A DNA stretch of 33,003 bases from Collodictyon triciliatum (lineage: Eukaryota): contig JBHJMP010000903.1 of the NCBI GenBank assembly GCA_043381765.1, positions 1 to 33,003 on the forward strand. The letters are read 5' to 3'. Positions 12,271 to 25,494 of the stretch are shown here, one piece after another. Within the stretch, counting starts at the first letter, position 1. Each line of letters begins with the position of its first letter. A program made the position numbers and the translations under genes. The notes below the pieces were generated by a model, which was not told where the DNA came from, ran no database searches, and was given only the letters and a program-made list of their open reading frames with translations.

Positions 12271-13223
12271 TCACGGCTTTATCTTTTTGGACTTTGGCGA
12301 TGGAGAGGTAACCTCCACTGAATCTAGCTGACCAGAACGTGTGCGCAGCTTTCTCTTTTCTGGAAAGAAATAACATAATCAGCATATGCTAAATTAATCT
12401 GGAAATAATAAAGGAGATAAAATGTAAAAACTAAAAGAGAAAATAAATAATGCAACTTTATAATTCGATTCAATCAGCGCGAAAAACAAAGCATAGGCCA
12501 GATTACCTTCGGAGTCGTCCAGCTCGGAGCTTCGAGCGAGACTCTTTGTTGTGTTGGATGGGGACTTTGGATCTTCAGGTTTCTTCGGGGCTGTTTGGGG
12601 TGATTTCATGCCACCTAGGTAATCTACGCCTCAGTTTTCTTTTCTTGTCATTTACGATTTTCTCTATTCCATTTGATATAGTAATATAATTTTGGCGTAT
12701 ATCAAGGTTCAGATGAGTCAGGCTATATATTAACGAGGCTGGAAGAAATCACAATTCTCTCACCCGTCACTTTACTTCCTTCAAATGGCTTCTTGATATC
12801 CTCAGGGAGCTCAAAGTCAACCGGGTCTAGGTCCTTGACTATGTTCTTGAAAGATAGACCAAATGATGTAATAATCATAACAACCATAATAATCATAATC
12901 ATACTCATAATAATTATAATAATACTGATAATAATAAGTATAATAACTATAATTATAATAATACTGACAATAATAATATTTATAATAAGTATTATTATCA
13001 AGTCATAGTCAAGATATGAAAAATGTTTGCTGTATAAACGAATGAATGAATTCTATTAGTATTATTGTATGAGAAGAAAGGGTACGTACAGAGAAGATAT
13101 TGTCCATGTCGTAGAGAGTGCGAAGGTATCTATCGATTTCTGCCGTGTCCAAGCGCAAGCCTGACTTTTTGTACACTGCCTCCGATATACTCAGTAGCCC
13201 AAAGGCGTAGTTGGGTGGATCGA
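12271..13223 (-). CDS. MRGBP: MRG-binding protein / Eaf7 (NuA4/TINTIN subunit), 5' end in gap
   Basis: Exons <13223-13090, 12845-12764, 12614-12507, 12359-12271 are frame-consistent. YAFGLLSISEAVYKKSGLRLDTAEIDRYLRTLYDM...DFELPEDI parallels MRGBP HFHMICI...IWDHLSTMYDM...NFVLPEEI. The basic tail KRKLRTRS...SPSPKSKKIKP resembles the MRGBP C-terminus. Confidence 0.7.
12868..13000. repeat. Degenerate (ATA/AAT)n trinucleotide tract in MRGBP intron
   Basis: AT-rich triplet repeat that produces the spurious poly-Ile ORFs. Confidence 0.9.
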
Positions 13224-14158
13224 NNNNNNNNNNNNNNNNNNNNNNNNNNNNNNNNNNNNNNNNNNNNNNNNNNNNNNNNNNNNNNNNNNNNNNNNNNNNN
13301 NNNNNNNNNNNNNNNNNNNNNNNNNNNNNNNNNNNNNNNNNNNNNNNNNNNNNNNNNNNNNNNNNNNNNNNNNNNNNNNNNNNNNNNNNNNNNNNNNNNN
13401 NNNNNNNNNNNNNNNNNNNNNNNNNNNNNNNNNNNNNNNNNNNNNNNNNNNNNNNNNNNNNNNNNNNNNNNNNNNNNNNNNNNNNNNNNNNNNNNNNNNN
13501 NNNNNNNNNNNNNNNNNNNNNNNNNNNNNNNNNNNNNNNNNNNNNNNNNNNNNNNNNNNNNNNNNNNNNNNNNNNNNNNNNNNNNNNNNNNNNNNNNNNN
13601 NNNNNNNNNNNNNNNNNNNNNNNNNNNNNNNNNNNNNNNNNNNNNNNNNNNNNNNNNNNNNNNNNNNNNNNNNNNNNNNNNNNNNNNNNNNNNNNNNNNN
13701 NNNNNNNNNNNNNNNNNNNNNNNNNNNNNNNNNNNNNNNNNNNNNNNNNNNNNNNNNNNNNNNNNNNNNNNNNNNNNNNNNNNNNNNNNNNNNNNNNNNN
13801 NNNNNNNNNNNNNNNNNNNNNNNNNNNNNNNNNNNNNNNNNNNNNNNNNNNNNNNNNNNNNNNNNNNNNNNNNNNNNNNNNNNNNNNNNNNNNNNNNNNN
13901 NNNNNNNNNNNNNNNNNNNNNNNNNNNNNNNNNNNNNNNNNNNNNNNNNNNNNNNNNNNNNNNNNNNNNNNNNNNNNNNNNNNNNNNNNNNNNNNNNNNN
14001 NNNNNNNNNNNNNNNNNNNNNNNNNNNNNNNNNNNNNNNNNNNNNNNNNNNNNNNNNNNNNNNNNNNNNNNNNNNNNNNNNNNNNNNNNNNNNNNNNNNN
14101 NNNNNNNNNNNNNNNNNNNNNNNNNNNNNNNNNNNNNNNNNNNNNNNNNNNNNNNNNN
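13224..14158. other. Assembly gap (N run)
   Basis: Run of N. Confidence 1.
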
Positions 14159-14451
14159 TTTATTTTATTATATTTCACTTTACTTTGATTTTCATTTTAT
14201 TTCATTTTATTTTGCTTTATTTCACTTTACTTTGATTTTTATTTTATTTTATTTTATTTTATTTCACTTTACTTTGATTTTATTTTATTTCACTTTACTT
14301 TGATTTTATTTTATTTCACTTTAATTTATTTCCCTTTATTTTATTTTATTTCACTTTAATTTGATTTTTATTTTATTTTACTTACCTTTGATTTTCATTT
14401 CATTTCATTTTATTTTGCTTTATTTCACTTTACTTTTATTTTATTTTATTT
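14159..14451. repeat. (TTTTA/TTCAC/TTTAC)n pentamer-based low-complexity repeat
   Basis: Degenerate tandem pentamers flanking the gap. Confidence 0.9.
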
Positions 14452-14479
14452 GAAAGCGTTCTCCTGTAAACACCTAGTC

Positions 14480-16612
14480 ATGACTTTTTGTTTAAGCAAA
14501 GTCAAAATATATTCACCCATCGAAATATATCGAATGATAAAAAAGAATAAGAAAAAAAAAATGATCGATACGACAAACATCTAGGGTTCAGCAGGTTCGT
14601 CTCAAGGGAGGTTCGAGCGACCGCTTTCAACGGGTTCACGTAGATTCAGAGGGGTGACCTTTTTTCTTACTACTGACAATACCCAAAGCAACTTGAATCA
14701 TAAAATTAATAGATAGTTGATTGGATGGCTAATTAAGGACTCAGTTATCATCTCATGGGGCCTTTATTTCTATATTTCTTTCTAGGAAATATCATTGTCG
14801 TCTCTTCGAAACCAACCCAATATATACAAAGACTTCCTTCAAGCTCCATCAGTAATAATTACCGATTCTAGATCGCCGATTTTTTTCTTATCCAAATAAA
14901 ATGATATGCCTGTCAATTACAGCGTTTAAATAGAAAATATTCATAACTACAAGTATTTTTTTTTGAAGTTTGTCTAAGACTTCATAATTTGTTATTTACT
15001 GCATAATTTCTACAGAGTAGAGAATGGTTAGTAAGAAATCAGACCTCCAGGCTCAGTTCAGTAAGATTTTTAAGGAACCTCTTATTCGTTTTTATTTTTC
15101 AAGTTGATTCTCACAAACATATAGTATACATTCCCGAGCAACATGACACGTATTTTCTAGTTCATGCTGTTTTTTTATTTAATATATTTCCTAATGTAAA
15201 AGAGTAGGGACGGGCACTCTCAAAGTGATGGGTTTTTAGAGAAAGATTTAGAAGAGAAGGCACAGAAAATAAGCAATATCGAGAAAAAGTTTTTCTTTTT
15301 CCATTATCTGAAGTTTATTTCCCCGAGCCACTCTAATTTTCGTTGGTCTCTGGCGTTACTTTACTTGATTGCATTAATATAGATTTACACGTCTAATCAA
15401 TTATTCTCAAAAAGGCTCTTGTTCAGCTCTAAAGACTCAAAAGAGCGCGCAAGAACAACTCGTTTTTTGTTTGAGAGACACGGAAAGAATCTTGAACATC
15501 ATAGATTGATACGCACAGTGAGGATATCATATTATTTTTGTCTAGGAAACAAAAACCTGAAGCATAATGGAAATGATGTTTATACATATTTTTAAAGTTA
15601 GTAGAATGCGTCATAATTTTCTTTGTGAATTAGATGGTCAGGAATTTACTGGAAGAAAAAGAGAAACACTTTAGAAAACAAATGATGGATGAGTATCTAC
15701 CTCAGTTAGATAAAGAACTGGCTAAGCTAAAGGTTTTTTCCTCCCAATACCAAAACACTTCATTTCTTTTGGTCGTTCATGTGACAGGATAATCAGAGCG
15801 ACTGTACTATTAGTTATTCATTATATTTCATCCTTTCTTTTTTTTTTCTTCTAGTTTTCGGTACTTGCTCTCACCTTAGTGTACTTTTTAGTCTACCACA
15901 GATGCGTTTTCCTCCAGGACGCAAGAAGTGCTGTACCGCAGTTGGAAAAAGAGTCTTGATCGGCGTATTCACGTTGAAATCGAAAAGAAAAAGATTAATG
16001 AGTGGTCCACAGAGAGCGTAAGTGCAAACTCATGCAATATAAGTGTACTATCCGCATCCGCAGTCAGACATTTTTTTTTTTGTTCAAACCTGTGATGATT
16101 AACCTAAGAAACCATGATTTTCTCGCCGCCGCCAAAAGCTGACCATCGAAGCAGAGCGTCGATTGCTTGAAGACCGCGAAAGAGAAAGGAGAAAGTCAAG
16201 AGAGTCAGAAACAAAGCCATACTTTGCCATCTTCCGCCAGCAAATACAAGATCGATTTGAGCATTTATCTGCGTCGTCGTCTCCACCGCGAATATCCCCA
16301 TCTCATTTATTTATTCCAACCACCCAAAACCCAAACGCTCCAAGTAGCGTATCGAGAAGCAATTCAACGTCTTTCCGTTCCTCCAGTAACCCACTGCAAA
16401 GCGGACGCATGGCTACTCCTCCTGCAGATTTCACTTTGTCCGACAAAGCTGCTCAACCCCGGCTTGTTTCGTCTGCAGGCCCGCGGTCAAGGAAGATGGT
16501 TGACTCTCACCGAGAAAGCATCATAGACGCATCAAAAAACAATTTGGGACTGGGCCAAAAACCAGAGTCAGCTCGAAGTTCATCACGGGGCGGTTTGCAG
16601 AATCATTCGTAG
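14480..16612 (+). CDS. Hypothetical multi-exon charged/coiled-coil protein (weak resemblance to FAM228)
   Basis: Frame-consistent GT-AG exons 14585-14653, 14786-14851, 15016-15060, 15203-15288, 15427-15517, 15634-15732, 15788-15803, 15902-16017, 16139-16612; tentative first exon 14480-14500. The core YLPQLDKELAKLK...RTQEVLYRSWKKSLDRRIHVEIEKK loosely recalls FAM228. Confidence 0.6.
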
Positions 16613-16621
16613 TCTAGTCAA

Positions 16622-16745
16622 AAACAAACAAACAAACAAACAAACAAACAAACCAACCAAACAAACAAACAAACAAACAAACAAACAAACAAACAAACAA
16701 ACAAACAAACAAACAAACAAACAAACAAACGAACAAACAAACAAC
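16622..16745. repeat. (CAAA)n microsatellite
   Basis: Direct tetranucleotide repeat. Confidence 0.97.
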
Positions 16746-17300
16746 GAGATGCACTCTGAGTCTGGTATGCAAAGCGGGCTCCATCCTACATGTGCAAGAA
16801 CTCCTGTATATAAATAATCAACTGATGTGATAACAAAGTCTGTTTCTTCGTATCGTGATTAGTAGATACATTGGAGAATACATCTCATTCGACATGATAA
16901 TCGAGTTCTCATGCAAGCGCTTTTCTTTCTTTTTCATTTTATTGTTGACAGGCTTGTGTCTCGAATGGCCGCTGATAAAGCACATAATCATACTCGTTTT
17001 TACACCGCATTGGTAATGTATTCTGTTTCGCACTGGTTTTTTTTAATAGGCTGTGTGAATAAACGCAATAGAACCGCACCCACAGCAACCGAGAAGGGCC
17101 GATCCAACTTGCTCCAAAAACATAAAAGAATACAGTGATATCAGCACACACCCCTGGAAAAGAGACTGTCAGTTACCCAAGCAGGTAAGTTTGTGGCTAT
17201 TGCGACGACCTAACGAAAGAAAAGGAATTATTAAAAAAAGAAAAGAAAAGAGAAAGGAACAACAACTTTGTTGAAAACACCCGACCAACAAGTAGCGTCC

Positions 17301-19165
17301 ATGCAAACGATTCCACGATGCAAAACTCACCCTGGACGAAGGTTTCTGCATCGTCTCCTTGTGTCTATCATGGTGCTCGTCCAGACAGCTCCTTATATTT
17401 GCTCAGCCGCCCAGTCAATCTCCCAAAAACCACTGCAATGGCACACACCGGACATAAACCGCGTTCGTTTGCAGACAGTTTGGAACGGATTGACCGGCTC
17501 CTCGGTCTCCATCTATAACGGATATGCTTTGGTTGCAAGTCCAGGCTCACCTGACTCAGTTACTGGTGGGTCTGTCCATCTGTACGAGATTCCAAGCACA
17601 AAAGCACCTGCTTATGGTTCTCTCTGGCTATATACAAGCAAATACTTTCAACCAAATGCAATTTCAAACTTCTTTGGCTCTTCTGTGAAGTTGGTTCCCT
17701 CCTCTAAGATGGTTGCCATCGTGGGTGCGCCAAGCGGTATCCCTGAAGGTACGATGTCAAAGACAGGGTTCGTCGCATATCTAAGAGACCCAAAGATTGT
17801 CTTTGAGTTTATTACGATGCCTATGTCCAGCCCGGCGAAAGGAGAAAAAACTGGGTGCTTAGTTGGCGCATCAACCAAGTTGATAGGTTATGTATCTTGT
17901 GGAATAAATGCGGTGACACTTGTTCGTGTCAATTACCTTACAAGCTCTGGGGAGTATTCACCTCCAGGTAGAGTCATTAAAAAGGTGAGATATCCTCTGC
18001 ATTACGGATCTTTCAAATCTTTTTCCATGAGTGAATCTCACTACGTTATCGGTACCAGCGATACATGGATGGTGATAGTAGGGGCATATAATCTAACAAC
18101 CTCAAAGGTGGACGTAGTCTCGTCGGTTTTGGAATGGCCCAGCGTATTATCAGACCAGCCCAACACTAAGAACTCTTCATATTTCGGTCATTCCGTATCA
18201 GTAACAGAGGATTTCATCGCTGTCGGAGCACCTGGCTACAACCAAAAATCAGGGTTGGTTATCTTGTATGATGTACACACACTTGATTTCACTAAGATAA
18301 TATATCCACCGTCATTTGAAGCGCGCCGTTTCTTTGGCGTCTCAGTCTCCATGGAAGGCCCATTTATTGGGATTGGAGGGTCAGGGTGCGGATTTATGTT
18401 TGAAATGTGTTTGCCTGGGAGAGCATTTGTGTACCACACAAACGGAACTATACTTGCCACCTTTAAACCTAATGACGGAATGACCGGAGACAACTATGGT
18501 ATATCTGTTGATATCACATACAACTTTTTTATTGTCGGAGCAGACCGGTTCTACGCAGACCGAAGCGGTCTCGCATATATATACCCATCAAATCTTACCT
18601 CCTGGGATGGAATATATATTCCAACAGTCCCTACTAATTCAGCATCAAAGTCGGCAAGAAGGACACACTCTGTTAGTCCGTCGAAAACCCAACAACCTTA
18701 CTCCATGGAGATGTATCAGAAAGGTGCTTTTCTTTTGGTTTATTTTTCTTCTTTAATCTGCCTTCGTTTTCTTCGGTTTGTGAAAAAATCGAAGTATTTA
18801 TAAGATGAATGTATAATCTAGAAATCAGTTCGCACAATAACCTCCAAATGTATTATTATGACCTTCTCTGATGCAAATTTCTTTTTTCATTTGTCTTTTA
18901 TGACATATCACAGAGGGAGAAGGAGGTAGCATGGCCCCAATCATCACAGGTGTATGTGCTGGTATTTTTGTCATCATATTATGTATTTTTGCTTGGGTGA
19001 GGAGAAAAAGAGTGATGAACAAGGTTAGCTCGTATGAGATACAACAGAAAGATACGCAAATAAAGTTAAAATGAAATAAAGTTTGAACCAACTACCCCGC
19101 ATTTCGCCTTGCAGAAAACTCTTCTCAAATCAATACAACATGACGAGAGAGCGCATCAGAACTGA
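17301..19165 (+). CDS. Single-pass type I membrane protein with FG-GAP (integrin alpha-like) beta-propeller, 527 aa
   Basis: Exons 17301-18723, 18914-19023, 19115-19165 (1584 nt). Signal-like LLVSIMVLVQTAPYICSA. FG-GAP repeats FFGSSVKL..VAIVGAP, YFGHSVSVTEDFIAVGAPG, FFGVSVSM, YGISVDITYNFFIVGA. S/T/P stalk, TM helix IITGVCAGIFVIILCIFAWV, stop-transfer RRKR and a short tail. Confidence 0.85.
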
Positions 19166-19626
19166 TATCTATCTAAATGGTAGCATACATAGTAAAAGCA
19201 AGTCTGTAATTCAATCTCACCCATAGTATCCTGCCTTACTTACTCCGCACTACTTTGACACTTCGTTATGCGCATTGGCTCACTCGCCTGCTCTTCATCG
19301 CTCCCCAAAGCATCATCCTTATTTCACACCTACGACTGCAGCGCCCTTCCGCAGAGAAAGCAAACGGTTTCTTCTGGAGATAAATTACTATATGTATCAA
19401 TGTATATTTAATGTTCAGTAAAAGAATCCCGAATTGGATATCACCGTTGGTCTTTGTCTTGTGAGGCACAAACAATTACTGAGCAGATAACTTGGCCAAG
19501 GAAGGCTGCGCTTTGACGGCCCGTGGGAGTGTGTAGAGAAGCGAAGGGAGAGGGAGAGAAGGAGGGAGAAGGAGAGAGTCGGCTCTTTGGGACGGCGTTG
19601 CATATATGTTGTGGAAGAGGCGCCGC

Positions 19627-20000
19627 TTTTGTTTTGTTTTGTTTTGTTTTGTTTTGTTTTGTTTTGTTTTGTTTTGTTCTTTTGTTCTTTTGTTCTTTTG
19701 TTCTTTTGTTCTTTTGTTCTTTTGTTCTCTTTTCTTCTTTTGTTCTCTTTTGTTCTTTTGTTCTCTTTTGTTCTTTTGTTCTCTTTTGTTCTTTTGTTCT
19801 CTTTTGTTTTCTTTTGTTTTCTTTTGTTTTCTTTTGTGTTCTTTTGTTTTCTTTTGTTTTGTTTTCTTTTGTTTTGTTTTCTTTTGTTTTCTTTTGTTTT
19901 CTTTTGTTCTCTTTTGTTCTCTTTTGTTCTCTTTTGTTCTCTTTTGTTCTCTTTTGTTCTCTTTTGTTTTGTTCTTTTGTTCTTTTGTTCTCTTGTTCTG

Positions 20001-20031
<31 letters not shown>

Positions 20032-20101
20032 GTTTTTTGTTTTTTGTTTTTTGTTTTTTGTTTTTTGTTTTTTCTTTTTTGTTTTTTGTTTTTTGTTCTT
20101 T
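19627..20101. repeat. Compound (TTTTG)/(TTTTGTTC)/(TTTTGTTCTC)/(TTTTTTG) repeat array
   Basis: ~475 nt essentially A-free on the + strand; source of several spurious ORFs. Confidence 0.97.
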
Positions 20102-20169
20102 GCTTGCACGGATGGCCGCTCTAACCTGCACGTTTGTGTGCGTCTGTACCGAACAACACCATTCTGTAG

Positions 20170-21173
<1,004 letters not shown>

Positions 21174-21828
21174 GTCGGCTTCCCAAAAGAAAAGAACAGA
21201 AAGGAGAAAAAGAAAGAAAAAGAACCTCCCCAGTGGCACTTGTTGTGTGGTTTGTGACTTTCTTTGTTTTTCTTAATGAAATGGGACTTTTGTTAAGGTA
21301 GCATAAGCAATTTGCTAGCAATTTGATGTACCTCTGAGATTGTTTAACATCATACTAGTGTTTTGTTCACAGAGGCAATCCGATGGTGCTCCTCAAAGAA
21401 TCTTCTAGTGTACATATTGCTGCCGGAATATGCTACGAACTCAAACTCATCCCAATCTCCCTTTCTTCTTTACCCCTGCTTGATATAACTCAACTTTCCC
21501 GTCCTTCGGCATTCTTGTCAGAAGGAAACCCCCATCCAATTCACATCCATAAAGGCAGGCGCGCTTCTGTTCCATTTCTCACCCCTCCCATTTTCATCAC
21601 CGTTTGAACTAGATTACTTTCACGTTGACTCTTTAACAAACTGCTACTGCGCCAATCACATTTCCACTCTGATGGTGACATCCTTGCGATATGCTCTACC
21701 TTTCTATGCTTTTCTGTGCTTTCTGCCGTTTCCTTTGCGCTTTTCTTTTCTTTTTTTTCTTTTACTTATTTTTTATTTGGGCTTTTTGTTCTTGTTTTTG
21801 TTTATTTAATGGACACCACCTCAGCCTC

Positions 21829-24800
21829 TCACTTGAACCTGGTCTGGTGGGAACTCATGGACCGGGCTTCGTCTTCCTCTCCATCGAGCGCCTTGACACT
21901 CGCCCAGAATTCATCCTCCACTTGGCGCAGAATATCATCCGACGCACCGTCCTTCTTCTCGGCCCGCGATGCGAGGGCAGACGCCTTCTGCTTCTCTTTC
22001 ATCTTCATCTCCTTTGCCCGCAACCCGAGGTTCTTTTCCTTCTTGGTTTCTCGGTCGAGCATCTGTCAGCGGCACACAAGATTCGACAGGAGTTTTCAGA
22101 TGATGTCACGATGCTTCAGCGATAGGGAGTAATAGAAAGTAAAGAGTATGACGGATGGGACGTAGTTTTCATGGCGAGGGTTATATCGGCTTTGTTGCGT
22201 GCCTGCGAGATGGACTGCTTCTCGTTGGCTTGGAGCATGTGTAGCCCATCGCAGAGCTCAAGCAGTGTAGTGGAGCCGTCCGACCCTCCCACGGCCACGA
22301 ACCGCCCTTGCTCATGGATACGGATGGATTGCAGCGAGGAGTCTCCCACCTAAATATGCGGTGGTGTATCAGGACTAATGTTTTTTTCTGGGTGATTATA
22401 AATGGGGGGAAAAAAAAAAACAATTAGAAAATGAGGATGAGAAAAAACGACATATATGAAGAAGGCGTAAGTATGCTATTCTTCATGGGCTTGGGTGTGT
22501 ACCTTCATAGTCAGGATTGGGTCGTTTTGCTTATACAGTAAGTCCCAGAAGTCAACGGTTCCGTCTGACTTTGTTGAAAGGAACACGCCTGGTCGAGATG
22601 GGCTCCAGCTTCCAGATGTGATGTAGGACATGTAATACTTTGTCATCATAATGGGGCTTCGCACGTCTTCATTCCAAATCTTTCAGGTATGTCGAGATAG
22701 TGATTGAATCAGGTAAGATGAACTTACTTTTTGATAAAGATTCGAAAAGATTTATAGTTTTCTAACAATAGTGAAAAAAAAATAGATGAATTAAAATATT
22801 GATTCAACACATATATTCTCAAACAAGAATATATGTGCAAAATTATTATCTTTGTTATCATCATCATTTTAAAGTTTTTGAAATCAGTACCCTTGTTGTC
22901 CAGTCACCCGTGGTCATAAAGTACTTCGGGAAGAATGGGTTGCGCTGAAGCGATGTGACTGGCCCATGGTGTCCATGATACTGCACTCCGACTTTTTCAA
23001 CAGGCTTGCTGGCTTTCCGGTTACAGGATATCACCGTACCTTGTTCTGTTCCCACCATGAACTTTGTTGGCTGCGAGTGAGATGAAAGTGAGAACATATT
23101 GAAGGCCAATAAAAAATCATAATAAATATACATTTTTTAAAAAAAGGTATTTGTGATGGAAAATACAAAACATAATTTGAGCTTTCGTGAATGAATCAAG
23201 TCAGGAAACATACCGTTGATGCGTCGTAATCCATTACAATCCCTCCATACTGCTTTCCCTCTGGTTCGGGATTCAATGAAAGCATATCTGAAGGCTCTCC
23301 GAGCTTTCGAATATCCCACCAAAGAACCTGCCCGTCTGTAGACACGGAAAAGCACTCTGTGCCGGTCTTGTTGTTTACCCAAACAACATCATAGATTGGG
23401 TCGCGGTGGCTTTTTTCTATCGAGGATGAATCTACTGGCAAAGACCCTCTTCTGACATCCCAAAAAGCTTTTTTTTCCCCCGACATATATGAATTGGTTA
23501 AGGCAGAGTAGTGCATAAGTTAGGTACAAATGTGAACCCAAACAGGAAATAATGAAAATATGTATATGTATGTATATGTATGTATGAAAATCAATCTACG
23601 AATAATAATAAAAAAAAAAAAAACAAACCAATCAGTCCATTATACGAGCCACCAACCAGAATATTAGAATCTTTTGGATTGTACTCTAAGCAATAAAGGT
23701 GTGATGCAGACTGAATTTCGAGTTCGGGATAGTTTGAGTTTTCCAGATCCCATATATATGAATTGAGTGATGAGCCATCAAACGACTCCTGAAACTGCGT
23801 GAACGAATATGATATCGCGAGTTTCCTTGCTCCGTCTGGATACCAACTCAGAGACGAGGCCACCCTCTTAGTTGGGCATGGGTCCCTGCAAAAGTGCGTA
23901 GTTGGAATTGACTTTTTGAGGGAAAACAAAAAGATGAAAGGTAGAAGAAAAAAAAAAGGGGACGACATGAATCCAAGGACGGCACAGTAAGTATGAATCA
24001 TGATTTTCATGCCATAAAATTTAAAATAAGAGAAAGCGAACTACTGAAGAGAAAAGCACACACTTGAAGACGATGATGGGTTTTGCTGACGGAGGTTCTC
24101 CAGAGTGATCGACTTCAACACCAGAAAAATAATTTTCATAAATATCGATGGCGTAGTTCTGGCGAATAACATCCTCAAGTACAGACCCCAGCGATTTCAC
24201 ACTCTTTGCAAATTCATCGGTCTTTTCGATCTAAACGTCCAAGTAAATATACTATTCAGAATCTACTATATAAGTCCCTTGGAATATAAAAGAACCAAAG
24301 AATGATTCCAAAGGTAAGAAATGTGCTACATGTGAGACCTAAATTAAAAAGTGAGAACAAGTATGCCTTTTTTCTGTGTCGGGTCATTGATTCTGCTTCG
24401 GCCACATCAACATCTTTCGGCCAACCTCCTTCAACATGATTGATGCCGGTGTTGCATTGGACAAAACGTTCTGTATTCATCTGGCACACAAAGGAGTGTA
24501 TAAGAGTGGGTTTAAAAAGGCGCATCTATTTATCTTTTAATGTATTTAGACAAAATGAAGAAAAATCATTCATTCTCAAAATCCTTATGGAAGCTTTATA
24601 ATTATTTCTATCCTCTTTTTTTTTCTCCCTGCGATTATTGTCATTGGTATTATTGTCATTGTTGTTGGCATAAATATATCATTTTCATTATTGTTGTTCA
24701 TCTTAAATGTTGAGGTATTTCACCCGAGCTAAAGTCGAATATAACCGACCGAATCAAAGTATGAGGTTTCAAACTTTGAAATAAAAGGCAAGCGAGGTCA

Positions 24801-24995
24801 AAAACTCACATCATGTTCAGACTGCTCAGGCACAGCCTGGACTTCCATGGAATTTGGGTTCCGATAAATAAACTGTGCGGTAAGCTCACGGTTCGGCTGA
24901 ATATCGGTGATCAACTCCGCAAACTTGTCTTTGAAGTAACAAGGCCGACCAAAGTTGCGGCGTTGCTTGGAGTACGAGTAGGTAATATCTGCCAT
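21829..24995 (-). CDS. DNAI2: Axonemal outer-arm dynein intermediate chain 2 (IC69/IC2 type, WD40), 9 exons, ~571 aa
   Basis: Exons 24995-24810, 24480-24367, 24230-24064, 23885-23629, 23467-23214, 23070-22891, 22679-22503, 22349-22203, 22062-21829 (1716 nt). Diagnostic motifs [63 protein letters not shown]. Confidence 0.96.
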
Positions 24996-25494
24996 TCTTT
25001 GGAGACTGGTTTCTGTACAAAAAAAAAAGTCAGCAACGTTCGTTCATACCTGCGATGTGCGCTATACAAACTGTTCAGCTTTCAGTCAGGGCTTTTTTTC
25101 CCCTCGTTTTTAACAAAGATGTGGTATATACTGTTCATTTGGAAGAGGGGGCACGGTTCTTCGATTGGGATGCGATGAGATTGCTTTCAGAACCCCAGAA
25201 ATTGTCAGTGTCTCCGTTCAGACTCTCGTTCGTCTGCTTGTGTGAATTCGTCGCGTCCTCGTCACCCACAGTTTTCCGTTTAACATCAAAAAAAAAACAT
25301 TTATATGTGTGCTTGAGTTGCGGTTGCCGATCTACTCTGCCATCGCTGCGGAGGATTCCGTCGAAAAGGCTGATTCATCTACCGAAAAAACCGTTTTCCA
25401 GAAACATGGTCCGTTGATCGAAAAAGGTAAAATTCAACGAATATCTTGATTATCCCACATCGTTGAGCTCCGGTGCACTTAAGTTCTGGATTGA

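Noticed and set aside
16109-16138. Apparent in-frame TGA (16115) suggesting readthrough or a reassigned code; similar TGA at 25492
   Set aside because: An in-phase acceptor at 16138 avoids the first, and the second lies in a probable 5' UTR. Trp is TGG in conserved genes and TGA terminates several genes.
21383-21607. 74-aa ORF between convergent genes
   Set aside because: No recognisable motif or splice context; likely 3' UTR or intergenic.
25323-25335. Possible RFX X-box upstream of DNAI2 (GTTGCCGATCTAC); also GGTTGGCAACC near 11866
   Set aside because: Poor match in the second half-site or spacing; cannot be told from chance.
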